Origin: a virus
Taxonomy: Duplodnaviria > Caudoviricetes
Direction: 5' to 3' (one strand)
IMG/VR virus record: IMGVR_UViG_3300027798_000073
Coordinates: 1 to 45,155 of that record
DNA: 45,155 bases
In this document: piece after piece, positions 40,924 to 45,155 of the stretch
Numbering within the stretch: position 1 is the first letter of the stretch
How the letters are laid out: each line of letters begins with the position of its first letter
Notes under the pieces: model-generated
Database searches by the model: none
What the model saw: the letters and a program-made list of their open reading frames with translations, nothing else
What the model was told of the DNA's origin: nothing
Program-made: the position numbers and the translations under genes

Positions 40924-41489
40924 TAAGGGATTCTTTCTTTGATGATTTCTATTATTTGTGGACTGAGCACAACTTCATAATGATTATAATCAACATCAAC
41001 CAATTCCATATCTTTGTGCGCACGTTGACTTGCCAGGGTGACCACACCGTCATTGGGTTCAATGATCCAGGGTGCTGACCCCTTGGTAGTGACAAGATTA
41101 GTCCATGGCCATGTTATGTGAATTTTTTCAGCCTGTTTCATAGGCTCACTTCTTGGGCCTATATCCTTGAGTAATCGACTGAAAAAGTAAAAATACTTGG
41201 CATAATCTGCCACTTCTGCACCACCATAGGGTGTGCTTAGTGTGACTGCACCTTGCACACGATCTCGATAGTAATCTGCAATATGCAGTGCATAGATACC
41301 ACCAAGGCTATGACAAACAAAAAACATTGAATCAACCGATCCAAGTTGTTCGATCATGATGCCTAGATTGTGATCAAACCCATCGCGACTATCATATTCT
41401 AGCACAATGTCATCACCGGGCATCTGAGATCTAATATAGTTAAAACTCTCGCCAGTGGCGCTGGCACCATGTATGTACACTGTTTTCAT
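40923..41489 (-). CDS. alpha/beta hydrolase
   Basis: YIHG, CHSLGG, LSTPYGG, NDGVV, NHYEV. Confidence 0.85.
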   Translation of the reverse strand: MKTVYIHGASATGESFNYIRSQMPGDDIVLEYDSRDGFDHNLGIMIEQLGSVDSMFFVCHSLGGIYALHIADYYRDRVQGAVTLSTPYGGAEVADYAKYFYFFSRLLKDIGPRSEPMKQAEKIHITWPWTNLVTTKGSAPWIIEPNDGVVTLASQRAHKDMELVDVDYNHYEVVLSPQIIEIIKERIP

Positions 41490-42127
41490 TTCCATATCAC
41501 CATTTTAAATCTTTCTTTTACAATGCGAAAGTAGTTGCACTTCCAGTCGCTTTGTGCAAAAAAATCTAGACCATGCCATTCATCCTTGCGCTTGAGTAGC
41601 TGTTGTGCCGCGTCGTCCCAGTCTATACTATTTAATTTTGGCTGTACTGACTCTTTTATCTCGGCGGCTTCGGTGTAGTCAAAGCAATCGTACTCCCAGT
41701 GCAGTATTTCAAATGCATTACCTTCACGATCTACCCAGTCCATGCTAAAGTCTAGGCCCCACTTGGGACGCATAGCACACAGCTGATGTACTCTTGGAAG
41801 GTCACCGGCCCAGTAGCGCAGTTGTGCCAATGCACCTTCTCGATAGCCTTTTCGTTCAAACAGCAGGCTGTGGTTTAGCACAGCCCCTTCTAGTTTTTCT
41901 TCTTGTGCGAACCAATCTTGTTTTAGTGCAGTCCGATGACTACGATGTGGCTTGGGTGTGTTTTCGTTTGCACCAGCGAATTCTTTTTCTAGATCAGTAA
42001 GGTCGTAGCCATTTTGATCAAACAATGCTAGGTCATCCGCAGTAGGTTTAAACACCAGTTTACCAATCGAATTGATCCAGTATCCTTCTGGATTAAATTG
42101 ATTCGTGGTAAGAGTGAGATCTCGCAT
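41486..42127 (-). CDS. hypothetical phage protein
   Basis: AGGAG RBS; FDQNGYDL, PKWGLDFSMD. Confidence 0.75.
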   Translation of the reverse strand: MRDLTLTTNQFNPEGYWINSIGKLVFKPTADDLALFDQNGYDLTDLEKEFAGANENTPKPHRSHRTALKQDWFAQEEKLEGAVLNHSLLFERKGYREGALAQLRYWAGDLPRVHQLCAMRPKWGLDFSMDWVDREGNAFEILHWEYDCFDYTEAAEIKESVQPKLNSIDWDDAAQQLLKRKDEWHGLDFFAQSDWKCNYFRIVKERFKMVIWK

Positions 42128-42155
42128 GCAGGCTCCTATCGTGCCGCATTAAGAA

Positions 42156-42473
42156 TTAACTGGCAGGTGCAGCTATTTTCTTAATGTCTTTGATATCTGC
42201 TTTGGTTTCATGCAGTAGTTGAGTAGCAATGGTTAGATGGTGATGTAGTTCGAGCCACCATGTTGCTATGTCGTATATTTTTTTCAGGATCCACATCCAC
42301 CATATGATGCAGGTTGCAACCCCCCAGGTAATGATAACTTTAACTGCCATATCCCAGCCGACGAAGTTTTTGTATTCGAGTATAGCAAATGCAACTACTA
42401 TAACCATTACACTGAGCACAGTGTATCTAGACCACCAGCTGCACTGGGTTGAGAATCGTCTGGAGCAACTCAT
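42156..42473 (-). CDS. membrane protein (2 TM plus coiled tail)
   Basis: ATGA overlap with dps; two hydrophobic helices. Confidence 0.65.
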   Translation of the reverse strand: MSCSRRFSTQCSWWSRYTVLSVMVIVVAFAILEYKNFVGWDMAVKVIITWGVATCIIWWMWILKKIYDIATWWLELHHHLTIATQLLHETKADIKDIKKIAAPAS

Positions 42474-42904
42474 TTCAGTGTGGCTCTCAACTGCCATGAA
42501 TGCTTGCGATGTGCATCCATGCGCTCTGCTAGGAAGTTAGCAAGACCATCTTCTCCTGCGGCAGTGGCAATGTCGAAAGTCAACTTTAGTAGTTTGGTCA
42601 TTTTATCCGAATCGGCCAACAGTTCTGACAGCATTGCTTGGGGTGGTAGTATTTCGGATTCGTCATCAATCTGGCTCAGCATGCTGAAACGACCATAACT
42701 TGCAGGAGTGTATGCATTCAGCTTGCGTATGTTTTCTGCAAATGGATCAATACTGCCGTATACTTCTTGGTAGATGTTTCCAAATAAATCGTGTAGCTCT
42801 GCAAAGTGTATGCCTTCAACATTCCAGTGGAAGTTGTGCGCCTTCAGATAAAAACTGAATTCACTTGTAAATGCTATCTTCAATGCGTTAACTAATTTAT
42901 CCAT
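42470..42904 (-). CDS. dps: Dps / ferritin-like DNA protection protein
   Basis: KAHNFHWNVEG..F..LH..F..IY, D.FAENIR, HRKHSWQL. Confidence 0.92.
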   Translation of the reverse strand: MDKLVNALKIAFTSEFSFYLKAHNFHWNVEGIHFAELHDLFGNIYQEVYGSIDPFAENIRKLNAYTPASYGRFSMLSQIDDESEILPPQAMLSELLADSDKMTKLLKLTFDIATAAGEDGLANFLAERMDAHRKHSWQLRATLK

Positions 42905-42918
42905 GATCTAGTATTTAT

Positions 42919-42993
42919 GCTCACTTAATAGTTTCAGGGTAGCGAATCCTTGTCTAGCGCAGCAGCCGCGCACACGGTCCTAAGGCTGTGTTC
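42919..42993 (-). ncRNA. candidate structured RNA upstream of dps
   Basis: CAC/GTG, GCGCG-GCTGC-TGCGC, AGG-ATTCGCTAC-CCT with loop TTCGCT complementary to downstream AGTGAG. Confidence 0.45.
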
Positions 42994-42998
42994 TTTAC

Positions 42999-43400
42999 CT
43001 AATCCTTTACTATAGGACCACCTGTGATCCACAGCTCACAGCTACGTGATCCAGCACATTTAAAGTGCAATAGATTACAATAGCCTAGGTCGGCTGCTTC
43101 ACGTGTTTTTTCTGCATCATATGCTTGTGTACCCATGCCGTCATGGATACATTTGTACATACTGTCTGAAATATTAAATGCAGCACAATTCTCACACTTC
43201 ATGGTCTGTGCTGTTTTTTCATCTATCTTCCATTGCCGGGCTGACTGTTTCCAGTAGTTACCTGGTTTGTCAGGGTTGGCAGGACCATAGTGATGCTGGT
43301 CAATCGCCACTTGACGATTCTTTACATTGACTTCTAGATCATGAGTAGCAATAGGACACCCTTTGCTAACCGCTTCTATTAGACTAATATAGCTTCTCAT
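42999..43400 (-). CDS. Cys-rich hypothetical protein, possible capsid-targeting N-terminus
   Basis: MRSYISLIE; CENCAAF, GYC...FKC...RSCELW. Confidence 0.7.
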   Translation of the reverse strand: MRSYISLIEAVSKGCPIATHDLEVNVKNRQVAIDQHHYGPANPDKPGNYWKQSARQWKIDEKTAQTMKCENCAAFNISDSMYKCIHDGMGTQAYDAEKTREAADLGYCNLLHFKCAGSRSCELWITGGPIVKD

Positions 43401-43401
43401 A

Positions 43402-45155
43402 TCAGCAGTTCCATTTGCGCAGAGCTAGAGTTTTGCGTGTGGGTTTGCCGTTGGGTTTTTTTGCAGGCCCTTTAACGCCTGACATTCTTGCACAGAAACT
43501 TTTACGGCGCTTGGCAGCTTTAGATCCTGGTTTGAGTTTGCTTGGCTTGGTAGTTACCGCTGTTTGTAGTTTACTACCTGGATTCTCACGACGATAGCTG
43601 GCTACACCTTTTGCGTTGAGTCCACCTTTTTTGCTTTTTCCTTCTTTACGACGCCAGGCGGCGGATTCAGCAAGCAAGACGGTATCATCAAAGGACTCAA
43701 GATCTTCCCAGATCTGTTCAGCATCAACACCACGAGCCAGTGCAAGACTTTCAACCATGTGTTCAATCATGTCAAACTGCTCGTCTGGTGTCATGCTTTC
43801 TGTTATATCTTCATTTTTGGCAGTTTTGGCTGCATCTTTCCAGGCCTGAGCTGTGGGTGCTTTGGGACTGCTGGCAGGCCTGCTGGTGCCGGCCTTTTTT
43901 CGCTTGTTCACGTTGTAGTAAAGGCCGTGCTTGGCTTCTTCTTCAACGCTTTCATTGGGCACACAGTTACGCACTTGTCCGCCATTCCGACCCTTTTTAG
44001 TACCTTCGGCATGTTTGCCAGGCCAGCATTTGGTTACGCCGTTTGAATCCTTAGCACCTTTTGCGATCTCGTTGAGATTACCATGTGACTCACACATGCC
44101 ACAGTCTTCACAGACCATTTCCATTTCAATGGATTCGTTGTGTTTTTTCTTGCCGGCACAATGTGCCTTTTGTGAGAAACCTTTAGGATGACTGCAATTG
44201 ATACTGCTCTTGTACTTTCGACTCCAGCCTTCTTTAAATTCGTAACCGTCTTCCATCATGGATTTTGCTGCACGGTCTACTGCTTCGTCGATGCTTTCTT
44301 TGGCCATGTAGTTGTCTGATGAACCACTTGCGCTGTAAGGACCACTGTCCATAGAACCAGAATGTCCTGTATCGGACGCTGGAGTTTTTTCTAAATAGTC
44401 AGGGTTTTTAGGTTTCACACGCTCAATACTAAATTCATAAAATTTAATACCTTTACTCTTTAAAAACTTTTCTAGTGCAGCTGATGCTTGCCCTGGAGAT
44501 TTAAAACTGTTTCCTAGGTTGATGTCTTTGGTGACAGTATTGCCATCAACCTTAAATGTAACATGAGCAACGATCTCTGGTAAGAAATCTTCACCAGATG
44601 GAGTACTTTGTGCATGGGCACCACTACCGCCTAGTGCCATAGCACCTGCCAAGGCCGCACCACCCAGTGCTGACTTCCAGCCTTCGTCTACACTTTTTTC
44701 TTTTTTCAGTTTCTCAGTTTCTCTGCGAGCCTTGTCACTTAGGTTTGTTACCCTGCCACGACCGTCTTTTTCTTTGCTAACCTTGCGCCAATCGGACTCA
44801 TCTCTCCAGCTGGTAACTTCACCTTTTTCATTTTTAGTTTCAGTGCGTTCTTCCGCCATACCTTGCTGACCGTACATATCCATCAGTTGTCGAACATAAA
44901 AATTATAAAAACCACGACGGCCGTTGTATTCTCTGTCTCCCAGCACAGTCTTTAGTGCGGCTACCGCATCATTTGATTCTGACCCACGCATTATTTTTAG
45001 TGCATCCGTCACAAGTGAATCAACTTGTTGTGTGTTTTCCGCCACACCTTGCTTCATACAATGTTTTAATTCTGCTAATGCTTCTTCTGCATTATCAAAA
45101 CCTACTACATCATACCCTGACGCATAGTGTTTTACATACCAATTACCATTGCCTG
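43402..45155 (-). CDS. large modular protein, probably virion-internal (5' end outside the window)
   Basis: Frame stays open from 45057 to the window end; short modules joined by QGVAE/QGMAE/SVDE/SIDE/LNE/ITE/LAE linkers. Confidence 0.75.
   Translation of the reverse strand, partial: GNGNWYVKHYASGYDVVGFDNAEEALAELKHCMKQGVAENTQQVDSLVTDALKIMRGSESNDAVAALKTVLGDREYNGRRGFYNFYVRQLMDMYGQQGMAEERTETKNEKGEVTSWRDESDWRKVSKEKDGRGRVTNLSDKARRETEKLKKEKSVDEGWKSALGGAALAGAMALGGSGAHAQSTPSGEDFLPEIVAHVTFKVDGNTVTKDINLGNSFKSPGQASAALEKFLKSKGIKFYEFSIERVKPKNPDYLEKTPASDTGHSGSMDSGPYSASGSSDNYMAKESIDEAVDRAAKSMMEDGYEFKEGWSRKYKSSINCSHPKGFSQKAHCAGKKKHNESIEMEMVCEDCGMCESHGNLNEIAKGAKDSNGVTKCWPGKHAEGTKKGRNGGQVRNCVPNESVEEEAKHGLYYNVNKRKKAGTSRPASSPKAPTAQAWKDAAKTAKNEDITESMTPDEQFDMIEHMVESLALARGVDAEQIWEDLESFDDTVLLAESAAWRRKEGKSKKGGLNAKGVASYRRENPGSKLQTAVTTKPSKLKPGSKAAKRRKSFCARMSGVKGPAKKPNGKPTRKTLALRKWNC

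Noticed and set aside
283-45127. Numerous plus-strand ORFs of 60-195 aa
   Set aside because: Antisense shadows of well-supported minus-strand genes, with no RBS or motifs; only 9742-10335 is retained
1-45155. Stop-codon reassignment or suppressor tRNA
   Set aside because: Long genes are intact in code 11; TAA, TGA and TAG all end genes at sensible positions; no CTA/TCA/TTA anticodon found
1-45155. CRISPR array, integrase or transposase
   Set aside because: No regularly spaced repeats or recombinase motifs seen; the recurring TTCGAA/TGG patterns are tRNA arms

Overview
This is a 45 kb segment of a large T4-related (jumbo/huge) bacteriophage genome, with almost all genes on the minus strand. 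The host is plausibly a proteobacterium, judging from the cytochrome c551/c552-, DesA- and RpoZ-like genes. In window order it contains: (1) 1-7.5 kb, a MoxR AAA ATPase with a DUF2201-type partner, small early genes behind strong sigma70 promoters, a ParB-like/HNH/HNH trio and a CX5R phosphatase; (2) 7.5-13.2 kb, an array of 27 CCA-encoding tRNA genes covering all 20 amino acids, interleaved with inserted genes (GT9-like, rpoZ-like, two 2OG-Fe(II)-like) and several unexplained structured RNAs; (3) 13.2-13.85 kb, the array's 5' control region; (4) 13.9-34 kb, RNase H, cytochrome c, and a 7-deazaguanine DNA-modification cluster (folE, queD, a second QueD-like gene, queE, a DpdA/TGT-like gene; no queC seen) mixed with sugar-nucleotide enzymes and a glycosyltransferase; (5) 34-45 kb, sliding clamp, family B DNA polymerase, SpeD, desaturase, radical SAM, Dps and a modular, probably protease-processed virion protein. 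The main find, absent from the ORF track, is a sigma70 promoter driving a 45-codon leader ORF (13633-13770) that uses all 20 amino acids within its first 32 codons. It is followed by mutually exclusive antiterminator and terminator structures, and looks like an all-amino-acid translation-sensing attenuator upstream of the ncRNA/tRNA array. All assignments come from reading motifs by eye; no searches or folding programs were run.
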